DNA of 64,000 bases, taken from Gemmatimonadales bacterium (GTDB lineage Bacteria > Gemmatimonadota > Gemmatimonadetes > Gemmatimonadales > GWC2-71-9). The notes under the pieces are model-generated. The model did not search any database, was not told the DNA's origin, and worked only from the letters and a program-made list of their open reading frames with translations. Shown piece after piece: positions 21,058 to 31,044 of this stretch. The DNA is taken from the NCBI GenBank assembly GCA_037189525.1, contig JBBCJC010000005.1, forward strand, positions 992,001 to 1,056,000, read 5' to 3'. Numbering within the stretch: the stretch's first letter is position 1; each line of letters begins with the position of its first letter. A program made the translations under genes and the position numbers.

Positions 21058-21822
21058 CTATCGGACTCGGCTCCAGATTACCAGCACCCCGCACACCGCC
21101 CCGTCCAACTGGAACATCAACGGAACCTGGGCCGAGCCGCGATAGTATTCGACTCCGGCAAGATGACGAATCGGCGGGAGATCCCGCAGATACAGCGTGT
21201 CACGGTTCCAGTTGAGCAAAGCGCCATCGAGAATGACGCGCGCGGGACAAGTCCGCTGCTGCATGCTCGACGATCCTCGCGACTCTGCCGCATAAGCGCC
21301 GCGCCGCCCGTACTCGATTGGAACGCCCAAATCCCTGAGAGCGCTTTCGAGGCTCTGTCCTTCCTTTTCGGCAAGCTGATAATGATCGAGAAACCGGCCG
21401 GCGCCCTGCTTCAATCGCTGGTCGAAGCCGGCCATCATCGGATTGGGCCACGTCAACTCGTCGGCGCGCACCGTTACGGAATCGAGGATGATGGGAATCT
21501 CGATCAGTCGCAGTCCGACCCGCACGACTTCATCCGCTCCGAAACGAATCCGCTGCCGCAGCGGACGGTACCCGATCCGGCGGACCAGGATCTCATGCTG
21601 GCCGGGCCGAATCCCCTCGATTCGGAACTGGCCCGTCGAATCGGTGACGGCGCCCAGCTCGAGCCCCCGAATCTCGACCAGCGCACCAAGCAGAGGTCCG
21701 ATCGGCGTTCCGCCGGCGACCCGGCCGGTCAAAACGGCCTGCCCGTGAGCCGGCTCCGACCAGAGCACGGTCACGCAGCAGGCCGCGATCCATCCGAGCC
21801 GTGCCCGGGTCAACACCGGCAT
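21058..21822 (-). CDS. Exported carboxypeptidase-regulatory-like domain protein with TonB-plug-like C-terminus
   Basis: Signal peptide; TDSTGQFRIEGIRPG...VRRIGY; AGVEYYRG...CGVLVIWS. Confidence 0.7.
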   Translation of the reverse strand: MPVLTRARLGWIAACCVTVLWSEPAHGQAVLTGRVAGGTPIGPLLGALVEIRGLELGAVTDSTGQFRIEGIRPGQHEILVRRIGYRPLRQRIRFGADEVVRVGLRLIEIPIILDSVTVRADELTWPNPMMAGFDQRLKQGAGRFLDHYQLAEKEGQSLESALRDLGVPIEYGRRGAYAAESRGSSSMQQRTCPARVILDGALLNWNRDTLYLRDLPPIRHLAGVEYYRGSAQVPLMFQLDGAVCGVLVIWSRVR

Positions 21823-22012
21823 CGACGACGCTCCCCATCGTCCATCTGCATTGCCTCTCGTATATCAGGCCCCGTAACAACACGAGGGGCAAATCCTTCG
21901 CGGCAAGCTCGGGTTATTTCCACGAACGCAGTCGGTGGATTTCCTACTGAATCCACGTCCGGATCACGGTCACGGCCGCCCATGCCCGACCCGATCCGCT
22001 CATGGGCATCTC

Positions 22013-23449
22013 CTAGCGCAACCCCACCGTTCCCTTCACCGACGCAATCAGCTTGGCCGAGTCGTAGCCGACCCCTTCGCGGAACACGAGGGTCACGTTC
22101 CGAATCTCTGCGGGGCGAGCGATCGGATCGCCGTTCATGACCACCAGATCGGCGTACTTCCCGGGTGTAATCGTGCCATACTCGGCGTCCGCGCCAAGGA
22201 TCTTGGCCCCGTTGGCCGTCATGACCTGGATCGCCTCGACCGGAGTAAAGCCGCCTTCGAGGAACAACTCGTAGTTGCGCTGGTTCCCGAACCCGGCGAG
22301 AATTCCTCCGATTCCCGTCGGATCGACACCGGCCCCGAGCAGCCCCCCTGACCGCACAAAGGCCAGCTCGTACTCGAGCAACTTCTTGAAGCCCGCATCG
22401 GTCACAGCGGCAGCGCGACCTTCCGGCGTGGCCAACGCGGTCCGAGCCTGGAGATACGCTTCCCGCGCCGGCGGGTACAACGCGTCCAGCGTGCGCTGCT
22501 CGATCGGAGGACGCCCCACCATCAGCCCCTCGAAGATCACCACGGTCGATGTCATGGCGACCTTGTTGGCCACCATGTCCTTGAACGTCGCGCGCACCGC
22601 TTCACCATTGATGTCGAGCGACTCGAACACGCTCATCTTGACACCGGGGCACTGATCAGGCCGCTTGGCGGGATCGTACTCCTGGTTGGCATAGAGACCA
22701 TGCTCGACCGCATCCATGCCGGCAGCGACCGCCTCACGATAGCCCACCGAGCAAAGGTGCCCCGTCACCTTCACGCCGTGCTTGTGCGCTTCTTCCACCA
22801 GCGCCTTGAGTTCCGCGCGGGCAATCCGGTCGTACACTTTGAGCCAGCTCGCTCCCTCCGCAGCCCAATACGACGCAATCCGCCGGGCAGCCTCTGGCGT
22901 GCTGACCTCGTGCATGATGCCGTGATTGCCACCGGGGCCGGTGATGTACGGGCCGGTCACGTACATCCGTGGGCCCGCTTCCGCTCCACTCTCGATGGCG
23001 CGTTTGAGGATCAGATCCTGATATGGAGCGTTCGACCCCGTGGTCCGGATGGTCGTGACGCCCGACGCCAGGTAGAGTCGCGGCGCGCTGACCGGCTGAT
23101 GGACGAACGGCCACGGCCCGCCTCCATAGAAGGTGTGATCGTGGAGACCGACCATACCCGGCATGACCGTATGACCCTGCAAAGCAAGCACCCGCGCATT
23201 GGCCGGGACTTTGGCCGACCCGCTCGGCCCCACCCAGCTGATCCTGCCTCGTTCGATCACGATGGTTTGATCGTCTCGCGGCGCGGCGCCGGTTCCATCG
23301 ATCACTTTGACGTTGGTGAGCGCCACCACCGGCGCATCGACCGACACGAAGTCCCGCGCCGACTGGGCCGAGACGGCCACGGGCGCGATTGCCGCCAGCG
23401 AAAGTACGTACCACGCCCTGCGCACCGATGAGGTCACGTGACGCTCCAT
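22013..23449 (-). CDS. Exported amidohydrolase family protein
   Basis: Signal peptide; PGMVGLHDH, GVTTIRT, EHG, GVDP, PGKYADLVV. Confidence 0.88.
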   Translation of the reverse strand: MERHVTSSVRRAWYVLSLAAIAPVAVSAQSARDFVSVDAPVVALTNVKVIDGTGAAPRDDQTIVIERGRISWVGPSGSAKVPANARVLALQGHTVMPGMVGLHDHTFYGGGPWPFVHQPVSAPRLYLASGVTTIRTTGSNAPYQDLILKRAIESGAEAGPRMYVTGPYITGPGGNHGIMHEVSTPEAARRIASYWAAEGASWLKVYDRIARAELKALVEEAHKHGVKVTGHLCSVGYREAVAAGMDAVEHGLYANQEYDPAKRPDQCPGVKMSVFESLDINGEAVRATFKDMVANKVAMTSTVVIFEGLMVGRPPIEQRTLDALYPPAREAYLQARTALATPEGRAAAVTDAGFKKLLEYELAFVRSGGLLGAGVDPTGIGGILAGFGNQRNYELFLEGGFTPVEAIQVMTANGAKILGADAEYGTITPGKYADLVVMNGDPIARPAEIRNVTLVFREGVGYDSAKLIASVKGTVGLR

Positions 23450-23474
23450 CTCGAATTGAAGTGCTCTGATCCGA

Positions 23475-24179
23475 CTACGGGCGACGCGGCAGACCCGGAA
23501 TCCGGCCCCGGCCCGGCAAGCCACCCATATCCATTTTCGTGTACCCAGCAGGAATTTCGAACAACGCCGCATCGAGACTCTTCTTCTCGATCGACTTGAC
23601 CTCCATCACCGTTTCCCGTGCCGAGCCTTTGACCTGCTCGATCTTGAGCGGCTGGAATCCATCCTTGAATCGCTCCGCCAGCTGACGATACTCGAGCGGA
23701 ATCGACGACCCGGCGCCCCGCCCCATCGGCCCCGCGTTGCGTCCCGCATTTCCGAAAAAGCCGAGGCCCTTGGCCGCGCAGACGTCCATCACGTTTTCAT
23801 CCGATGTCACGAGGTAGTGATCGCACTTATGCCCGGCAATCGTCTCGCTCTGACCGGTAGCCTCGATCTTCGGCGCCTTGACCGGCTCGTCCTTTCCGGC
23901 CTCGGCCCCCTGAAACGACATCACCATGAACATCTTCTGCGACGGCATCACCATCGTCATCGATTCCTTCTCCAGATCGAGAATCGAGTAACCCGACTCC
24001 CGCCCCGACTGCATGTCCATACGTGATTTTCCGCCCTTGTGACTGCTGACCATTTCCATGGCCGGCTTGCCACGGCTGAACATCTGAGTCACGATGGTGC
24101 CTTCGAACTGCTGCGCGGACAGGGGGACCGACCCCACGACAGCCAGCCCAACCACACCTACCAGCATCGCTCGCAACAT
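23475..24179 (-). CDS. Exported DUF4412-like protein
   Basis: Signal peptide LSA-QQFEG; TGQSETIAGHKCDHY, LFEIPAGY. Confidence 0.7.
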   Translation of the reverse strand: MLRAMLVGVVGLAVVGSVPLSAQQFEGTIVTQMFSRGKPAMEMVSSHKGGKSRMDMQSGRESGYSILDLEKESMTMVMPSQKMFMVMSFQGAEAGKDEPVKAPKIEATGQSETIAGHKCDHYLVTSDENVMDVCAAKGLGFFGNAGRNAGPMGRGAGSSIPLEYRQLAERFKDGFQPLKIEQVKGSARETVMEVKSIEKKSLDAALFEIPAGYTKMDMGGLPGRGRIPGLPRRP

Positions 24180-24269
24180 GGCGCGTCCTCGGAATGGGGT
24201 ATCCCTGCAAAGTACGAGCGGGTGCCCCGTTCGCATAGGGCGGCGGGGGTACGGCGCGGGACCCGACCG

Positions 24270-24794
24270 TCAGCCCTGCCGGACTCCGTAGAGGAACCGC
24301 GCATACCCCAGTTCGGCTGCGTTCTTGGTCAGTTCGATGTTGGCCCAGGCCACCACATCCCCGAACGGGCGGTCGGGAAACGGCCATCGGGTCCGCTCCG
24401 CCGATGCAAACTCGGCATCGGACAGGGCCTCGACCCGCTCACGCCAAGTCCGATACCGCTCCGCCAGCTGCTCACGCACCTGCTCCGCGCTGCCGGGCCA
24501 ACGGATGTCCTCCCGACCAAGCGTGGCATCGCCGAATGAGTGATCGAGCACCATCGACCACCAGAACAGCATGTGCCAGGTGACCCAGCCGGCACTCGGC
24601 GGGCCGATCTCATAGTCTTCCCGCTCGGGCCAATCCGTCACCCAGCGCCCCGCCCCGTCCTCTCGGAGATGGAGCCCTCGGCCGGTCGGACGCCACAGAC
24701 ACTCGTCCGTGGTGAGGGTATCGAGATGATAGCTCGTGAGCATCCAGGCCATATCGAGCTGGCGCAACAGATACTGCCGAGGGGAGTCACTCAT
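24270..24794 (-). CDS. DinB family protein
   Basis: LTTDECLWRP, AGWVTWHMLFWW, NIELTKNAAELG. Confidence 0.75.
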   Translation of the reverse strand: MSDSPRQYLLRQLDMAWMLTSYHLDTLTTDECLWRPTGRGLHLREDGAGRWVTDWPEREDYEIGPPSAGWVTWHMLFWWSMVLDHSFGDATLGREDIRWPGSAEQVREQLAERYRTWRERVEALSDAEFASAERTRWPFPDRPFGDVVAWANIELTKNAAELGYARFLYGVRQG

Positions 24795-24856
24795 GCGAAC
24801 CTACCGATGTCAGGGAAAACATGCTGCCTGCGCCGTGCGGACGCGGCGGGGCCCGA

Positions 24857-26224
24857 TCAGGAGGCGAGAATATTGCCGGGCGCCAGCAGACCAAGCGGAT
24901 CCAGTTCTCGCTTGACGGCGCGGAGCATCCGCTGCTGCGTCCCATCGAACTGAAGCGCCAGCCACTTGGCTTTGACTTTTCCGATACCATGCTCGGCTGC
25001 GACGGTGCCCCCCGCAGCAACCACCTCACGCAACGTCTGCTCGACCACGGACTCGATCCGGGCAACCTCCGCAGGATCCCGGCCGATGTAATTGCAGTGG
25101 GGATGACCGTTCCCGGCATGGCCGAAGATGACGGGCGCCAGCAATTCCGCTTCCTCCGCCCGGCGGCGCACCGACGCGATCGTCTCCGCCAGCTGCCGGT
25201 AGGGCACCGCCCAGTCAGTCGAGATCCGACGCCCTCCTTGGCCGCGAAACACCGTCGCCCGCTCATGCATCTGTGCCGGCACCGCATGCCGCAGCCTACG
25301 AGCTACCGAAAGCGCCGTATCGCCCTCAAAGGCGTTGACCGCATCGACGAGCGCACCATACTGGTCCGCGAGTTCGAGCCACGCCTCGAGCGGCGGCTCG
25401 TCATCTCGCGCTTCCTCGACATAGACGACCGCGCCGACATCGTCCGGCCACACCGCGTCTCCGCCGTCCTGCCGCGCGATGGCCGCCGCCTCCCGATCGA
25501 GAAACTCGAGACACCGCGGAGCAACCGCCGCAGATTCACGGGCCGCGACAATGAAGGCCAGCGCATCGGTCTCTGTCGCGAACGGAATGGCCAGGCCCAA
25601 TTCCACGGCCGGCCGCGGCAGGAGCGCAAGCTCCGCCGCGAGCACCACGCCCAAGGTCCCTTCGCTGCCGACGAACCAGGAGACCAGGTCCTGGAGTGGA
25701 GGATACCCGACGGTGTTTTTCTCGAGCACGGGGCGACGGAGTTCCAGAACTTCTCCGGATGCCAGCGCAACCGTCACCCCCCGCAGATGGGCGCCGGTCG
25801 CACCGTATCGTAAGGTTCTCGGCCCCGATGCGTTGCAGGCAATCGCGCCGCCCACGGTGCACTCCTGCTCGCTGGTCGGGTCCGGCGCAAAGAAGAGCCC
25901 ATGCGGGGCAAGCGCGCGCTGCAGATCGCCGATCAGCACACCTGCCTCGACCCGCGCGGTCCGGGCCGACGGGTCGATGTCGATGATGCGATCCAACCGC
26001 CGGGTCGACAGGAGGATTCCGCGATCCGTAATACTGGCCGCGGTAGTACTCGTCTGCCCACCTGCCGGCGTGACCCAGGTCCGATCGGTGGTGGCCTGGC
26101 GCAACAGCTCGACGACCTCGGCGGCGCTGTCCGGACGCGCCACCGCCTCGGGTACCAGGATCAGCCCGGAAGCATCGGCCGCGAATCCTTCCCGGACGTC
26201 CCGGTCGACGACGAGCCTGCTCAT
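24857..26224 (-). CDS. FAD-linked oxidoreductase (GlcD / D-2-hydroxyacid dehydrogenase family)
   Basis: APDPTS...TVGGAIACNASG, KNTVGY, GSEGTLGVV, FGHAGNGHPH, AEHGIGKVK. Confidence 0.88.
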   Translation of the reverse strand: MSRLVVDRDVREGFAADASGLILVPEAVARPDSAAEVVELLRQATTDRTWVTPAGGQTSTTAASITDRGILLSTRRLDRIIDIDPSARTARVEAGVLIGDLQRALAPHGLFFAPDPTSEQECTVGGAIACNASGPRTLRYGATGAHLRGVTVALASGEVLELRRPVLEKNTVGYPPLQDLVSWFVGSEGTLGVVLAAELALLPRPAVELGLAIPFATETDALAFIVAARESAAVAPRCLEFLDREAAAIARQDGGDAVWPDDVGAVVYVEEARDDEPPLEAWLELADQYGALVDAVNAFEGDTALSVARRLRHAVPAQMHERATVFRGQGGRRISTDWAVPYRQLAETIASVRRRAEEAELLAPVIFGHAGNGHPHCNYIGRDPAEVARIESVVEQTLREVVAAGGTVAAEHGIGKVKAKWLALQFDGTQQRMLRAVKRELDPLGLLAPGNILAS

Positions 26225-27831
26225 GAACCGGCTTTGAAACGGATCACGGAGGCCGATTGCACGTCCGGCAGGGCCATCAGCGTCTCCCGAAGCCCCGGCC
26301 CGCCGGGACCGTCCACCGAGATCACGGCCAGCGCCTGGCCACCCTCCGCCAAACGGGCCTGGTGATACTCGGCGATGTTGACACCCGCGCTGCCGAGCGC
26401 GGTACCCACATGGCCGATGACGCCCGGCACGTCGCGGTTGGTCAGCACGATCAGGGTTTCCCGCGGCGCCACATCGACGTGGAACGGCCCGACCCGAGTG
26501 AGGCGCATGGGAGCATCGAGCGGCGCGACCCCGCCGATCCGCATCTCCTGCCCATCGGCCACCACCACGACTTCCACTGCCCGAGGATGCACCGGCGCGG
26601 CATCCTCGGCCAAACCCAGCGTGACCCCGCGGGAGGCTGCCAGCGCGCGGGCATTGATCAGGTTGAGCCGGGATTCGTCGACGATGCCCTCCAGCACACC
26701 AAGCGCCGCCGCCGAGAGCAGCGTCGTACCGGCGGCGCTGAGGTCGGCGCCGCGCCGGACGGTGATCGACGCCACCGCGCGCGCCCCCCGATCGGCCAGC
26801 AGCGTGCGCGCTACGTCCGCAGCCCGACGGGCCAACTCGACCACCGGGCGCAGCTGGACCCAGTCGCCCGGCGGCATCGTGACATTCAGGGACCGGGAGA
26901 GGTCACCCCGGAGCAGCGCGTTCCGAACCCCTTCACAGGCATCGACCGCGACGTTCCGTTGCGCTTCCACCGTCGACGCCCCGATGTGCGGCGTCAGCAC
27001 GACGCGATCCATCACCTGCCAGGCGTGGTCACCCTGAACCGGCTCCGCCACGAAGACGTCGAGCACAGCGCCGCTCAGATGACCCCGGACAATGGCCTCC
27101 CGCAGCGCGTCGTCATCGACGATCCCGCCGCGAGCCAGGTTGGCCACGATCGCACCGCGCCGCAGCCGGGCCAGATCGGCGGCCCCGATCATCCCGGTGG
27201 TTTCCGCCGTAAGCGGCGTATGCACCGTCAGGATATCGGCCGCATCGCAGAGCGCAGCAAGCGTGGCGACCCGGGTCACGCCGAGCGTAATGAACCGGTC
27301 GTCGGACACATACGGATCATAGGCCAGCACCTTCATGCCGAAGGCCAGCGCCCGGGTGGCAATCGCCCCTCCGATCCGGCCCAGACCCACGATGCCCAGC
27401 GTCCGCCCGTTGAGCTCACTGCCGAGCAGCGCCGACCGATCCCATCGCCCCTCGTGCATCGACAGGTTGGCTCGAGTCAGGTGCCTGAGCAGGGTGAGCA
27501 TCGAGCCGAACCAGAGCTCCGCCACCGCCAGCGTATTACCGGCTGGCGCGTTGATGACGGCAATCCCGAGTTGCGTGGCGACATCCAGCGCCACGTTGTC
27601 GACACCTACACCGGCGCGCCCGATGACCTTGAGACGAGTGCCGGTGCGCAGCAGCGGTTCGGAGATCTTGGTGGCGCTCCGGCCGACGATGGCGTCGTAC
27701 TCCGGAATCCGGCGGAGCAGTTCGTCGGCAGGAAGGGTGGGTACTTCGTCGACGATGAAATCGTCGACGGCTCTGAGGAGGTCGACGCCTTCGCGGTCTA
27801 CCTCGTCGGTTACCAGGATGCGAAACGGCAT
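26221..27831 (-). CDS. serA: D-3-phosphoglycerate dehydrogenase (long form with C-terminal ACT)
   Basis: IGRAGVGVDN, GLGRIG, NLARGG, TPHIGAST, NRDVPGVIG...NIA. Confidence 0.95.
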   Translation of the reverse strand: MPFRILVTDEVDREGVDLLRAVDDFIVDEVPTLPADELLRRIPEYDAIVGRSATKISEPLLRTGTRLKVIGRAGVGVDNVALDVATQLGIAVINAPAGNTLAVAELWFGSMLTLLRHLTRANLSMHEGRWDRSALLGSELNGRTLGIVGLGRIGGAIATRALAFGMKVLAYDPYVSDDRFITLGVTRVATLAALCDAADILTVHTPLTAETTGMIGAADLARLRRGAIVANLARGGIVDDDALREAIVRGHLSGAVLDVFVAEPVQGDHAWQVMDRVVLTPHIGASTVEAQRNVAVDACEGVRNALLRGDLSRSLNVTMPPGDWVQLRPVVELARRAADVARTLLADRGARAVASITVRRGADLSAAGTTLLSAAALGVLEGIVDESRLNLINARALAASRGVTLGLAEDAAPVHPRAVEVVVVADGQEMRIGGVAPLDAPMRLTRVGPFHVDVAPRETLIVLTNRDVPGVIGHVGTALGSAGVNIAEYHQARLAEGGQALAVISVDGPGGPGLRETLMALPDVQSASVIRFKAGS

Positions 27832-27934
27832 ATCTCAATCTAACGGGAGGACCAGCCTCGCCCGGCGGCTACCGGAAGGTCCTTTCGCCCGACGCGAAAG
27901 ACGCGGGCGCTGTCGCAGCGCGCGCGATCCGAGG

Positions 27935-28498
27935 TCAACGCGACCGGCGGCGCGTGGCTGGCGCTGCCGTCGTGGACGCTCGTGACGCGTTCGTTCCGCT
28001 CGACCTTTGCGACTCGGCACAGACGGCTTCGTAGGCCGCCTGCAGCCTGCCAAAGACCGACTCGCGAGGCGCCGGCGCTCCCAGGTGGAGGTGCCGCAGT
28101 TCCTCCATGAACTCGGACCAGAGCTTCGGGCCTCCGTCCTCCAAGATTTTCGCGCGGATCGAGAGCTCTTTCGATGCCGGCGTGTGGCGCAGGCCCCAGC
28201 CGCCCATGTGGGCCAGCAACGGCACCAGGGCGATGGATGCTTCCGTGAGGCTGTAGATGACCTTCTGTTTGTGGCTGGGATCATCGCGACGGGAGACCAA
28301 TCCGGCTTTCTCCAGGCGCACCAGCCGGTCGGCCAGGATGTTCGAGGAAATCCGCTCCTCCGACCGGCTCAGCAGCTCGCGGAAGTGACGGCGGTTGCCG
28401 AACATCAGATCGCGGATCACGATCAGACTCCAGCGATCCCCCAGGGTCTCGAGCGTCAGATTGATCGGGCAGCCCGAACGTGGGTTGTCCATGCGCAT
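27935..28498 (-). CDS. HxlR family winged-helix transcriptional regulator
   Basis: RSGCPINLTLETLGDRWSLIVIRD, NILADRL, YSLTE. Confidence 0.9.
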   Translation of the reverse strand: MRMDNPRSGCPINLTLETLGDRWSLIVIRDLMFGNRRHFRELLSRSEERISSNILADRLVRLEKAGLVSRRDDPSHKQKVIYSLTEASIALVPLLAHMGGWGLRHTPASKELSIRAKILEDGGPKLWSEFMEELRHLHLGAPAPRESVFGRLQAAYEAVCAESQRSSGTNASRASTTAAPATRRRSR

Positions 28499-28506
28499 AC
28501 CCCCAA

Positions 28507-28568
28507 AACCGGTTGCGATATGAGATCGGTTGATCTAACTTACAACCGGTTGCATTCTGCAATCAGAA
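28507..28568. promoter_or_regulatory. Two repeated imperfect palindromes, putative HxlR operators
   Basis: AACCGGTTGC at 28507 and 28544, each followed by a partial inverse half-site, between divergent genes. Confidence 0.55.
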
Positions 28569-28601
28569 CTATGGGTGCACCGCACGAGGAAAGGAAGTGG
28601 T

Positions 28602-29132
28602 ATGGCCAAGCTCGTGTTCGGAATGAACCAGTCCCTGGACGGTTACGTCGACCATATGCGGTTTGAACCGAGCCCCAAGCTCTTCCGCCACTTCATCGAG
28701 GAGGCTCGGCAGCAGGCGGGCAGCGTCTACGGTCGCCAGATGTATGAGATCATGCGTTACTGGGACGAGGATTTTCCTGAATGGGGCCCAGAGGAACATG
28801 CCTTCGCGGCCGCGTGGCGGAACCAGCAGAAGTGGGTCGTCTCGCGCTCGTTGGAGTCGGTCGGTCCCAACGCCAGCCTCATCAAGGACGATCTCGAGGG
28901 CGCGATTCGCGCGCTCAAAGCCGAGCACGATGGAGAGATTGAAGTTGCCGGCCCGACCTTGGCGCACAGTCTCACCGAACTTGGCCTGATCGATGAGTAT
29001 CGCATCTACCTGCACCCCGTCGTGCTTGGCCACGGCACGCCATTTTTCGCCGGACCTCGGCCGCCGCTCCGTCTCATGACCCATGATCGGATCGACGAGG
29101 ATGTGCTCAGGTTGAGCTACGTTCCGGCGTGA
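28602..29132 (+). CDS. Dihydrofolate reductase-like (RibD C-terminal) protein
   Basis: NQSLDGY, YGRQMYE, VAGPTLA, LIDEYRIYLHPVVLGHG. Confidence 0.88.
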   Translation: MAKLVFGMNQSLDGYVDHMRFEPSPKLFRHFIEEARQQAGSVYGRQMYEIMRYWDEDFPEWGPEEHAFAAAWRNQQKWVVSRSLESVGPNASLIKDDLEGAIRALKAEHDGEIEVAGPTLAHSLTELGLIDEYRIYLHPVVLGHGTPFFAGPRPPLRLMTHDRIDEDVLRLSYVPA

Positions 29133-29181
29133 TCGCGCGACTCATCGGACAGACACCGCCTCGGGCCGACGGAGCCCGCTG

Positions 29182-30147
29182 CTATTCCGCGATATAACGC
29201 CAGGCAGCGCCCGGCGACTCTCGAGCCCAGATAGTAAAGAACGGAATGGGCGCGCTGCCCGGCTGGTGAGGTCGGATCATGCCGAAGGTAATGCCCAGGT
29301 CGCCGCTCGATGCCACGACAGCGCGATCGGCGTTCCACTCGACCGGGCTGGTACTCGTCGTGTCGCCGCCGCCCACGTGCGCACCGATCGCCTCTGCCCC
29401 GACCACGACCCCCGGAACACCCGGGCCGCCCAAGTTGATCGCGTCGGCCCTGCCCCAGCGAACGAAGGCGCGGCCCAGACCCGCCCGCTGCGCCTCGTCG
29501 GAAAACGCCTGCTCGGCCGCCGCGAGCGACACCGCAAGCTCCGCAAGACGAGCCGTATCGCGAATGGGCACCGCTCCAGACGGCGTGAACGACGGCATCC
29601 GCGTGGCATCGACCTCGCCTGCCATGCGCGGGCGGCGTTTCCAGGCCAGGACGCGCCAGCCCGACGTGTCACGCACCCAGTAGCTGAGATACTTGAGCGG
29701 GACACTGTCACCGCCGGCCTGGTGGAGCGTCATGTACCCGAAGGTGAAGCCGTGGAGTCCATCGCCGGAAACGCCGCCGCGAACCGGGATCCACGAGAGC
29801 CGCGCGCCCGCATGCGCAGGGTTGGCGCGCAGGCCGGCAAGGGCATGCTCGCGACCCTCGAGCCATCCCCGTCCGGGCACTGGCGTCATGACGCCAGCTG
29901 CGAAGATCGGCGGGATCGCGTCCACTACCTCGGTCCGAGCGCTCGCCGCGGCGAACGCTTCGTCCTGCCCCAGCAGCTCGACCACCGCGGTCACGGGGTC
30001 AGCCGGTTCGCCACCGCCTGCTCCGCATGCTGCGAACGCAACGAGCCCGGCACAGACGGCCACACGCCACGGCAACCGGACCCACAGCGCAAGATGCGCA
30101 CAAACGCTGCGACCACGCCCATGTCCGCCGCGGAGGCCACACCTCAT
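29182..30147 (-). CDS. Probable lipoprotein with two NTF2/DUF4440-like domains
   Basis: LVAFAA-C; duplicated pattern VSGDGLHGFTFG...YW...GWR and VASSGDLGITFG...IW...AWR; ATGA overlap with the upstream gene. Confidence 0.65.
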   Translation of the reverse strand: MRCGLRGGHGRGRSVCAHLALWVRLPWRVAVCAGLVAFAACGAGGGEPADPVTAVVELLGQDEAFAAASARTEVVDAIPPIFAAGVMTPVPGRGWLEGREHALAGLRANPAHAGARLSWIPVRGGVSGDGLHGFTFGYMTLHQAGGDSVPLKYLSYWVRDTSGWRVLAWKRRPRMAGEVDATRMPSFTPSGAVPIRDTARLAELAVSLAAAEQAFSDEAQRAGLGRAFVRWGRADAINLGGPGVPGVVVGAEAIGAHVGGGDTTSTSPVEWNADRAVVASSGDLGITFGMIRPHQPGSAPIPFFTIWARESPGAAWRYIAE

Positions 30148-30887
30148 GGCAGCGCGATCTCGGTCATCTTCTGCACCTGGCCGTTCGGGAGAAACACCTC
30201 GCCCGCCACCATGTAGGGCGACTCCTCCACCAGGTACCAATTTGCGAGGTGACGCCCATCCGAAGCACGGTGTTCCTCGACCTTCCACGCCTGCCACTCT
30301 TTCCCTTCCACCATGGTCGGCACCTTGCCGATCACCGTGAAGATCCGCGTTTCCGCCGTGGGCATGTTAGGCCCCCAGATCGGCGCGATGATCACCTTGC
30401 CCGGCGTCATGCCAACCGCGAGCGGCACCAGATCCGACGCCGATGCAATGAAGCCGAGCCGTGGGATTTCCTGATCGACCTGGTGGACGGTCGTGTCCTT
30501 GGCCGATTTCCTGGTGCCCCGCATCCGTTTGCCGTCGATCGCAAGCGCAACCCGGTCGCCGTCACGCGTCTCGCGCCAAAAGCCCAAAGGCGTGAGGGTC
30601 CGCAGGTCGTAGGTCTGCCGGAGCACCGAGCCGGGCTGTCCGTTCGCATCGAAGCGGCCGAGTGTGACCCACCGCATCACTTTGCGGCCGGCCGAGTCAC
30701 CGATGGTGAGCTCGTTGGTCCACTCGTTGACGGGCGGCGTATCGGTGGACCCCAGGTGGACGCGAACCCGGGCACGATGCGGTTTGTAGACGCGGCCATC
30801 CACCGCAGGATCACCCACTTCGACCCGCACCGTATCGGCCGACGGCGCACCGAGCGCCCCGAGTGCCAGAACGAAGGCAGCAAGCAT
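30144..30887 (-). CDS. Exported hypothetical protein
   Basis: Signal peptide; beta-rich sequence; coupled to the downstream gene. Confidence 0.7.
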   Translation of the reverse strand: MLAAFVLALGALGAPSADTVRVEVGDPAVDGRVYKPHRARVRVHLGSTDTPPVNEWTNELTIGDSAGRKVMRWVTLGRFDANGQPGSVLRQTYDLRTLTPLGFWRETRDGDRVALAIDGKRMRGTRKSAKDTTVHQVDQEIPRLGFIASASDLVPLAVGMTPGKVIIAPIWGPNMPTAETRIFTVIGKVPTMVEGKEWQAWKVEEHRASDGRHLANWYLVEESPYMVAGEVFLPNGQVQKMTEIALP

Positions 30888-31044
30888 GATGGCTCCGAGA
30901 GGAGGGAGTCCTTCTCCCTACGCGACGATCCTGGGCCAGGATTCGACTTCGGTGTCATGGACGCCGCGAGTGGCCCGCCAGCCGGTCACTCGAAACCCGG
31001 CGCCTCCGGCTTCGTACGCTCTGGTATACCCGCCGGAGACCACC

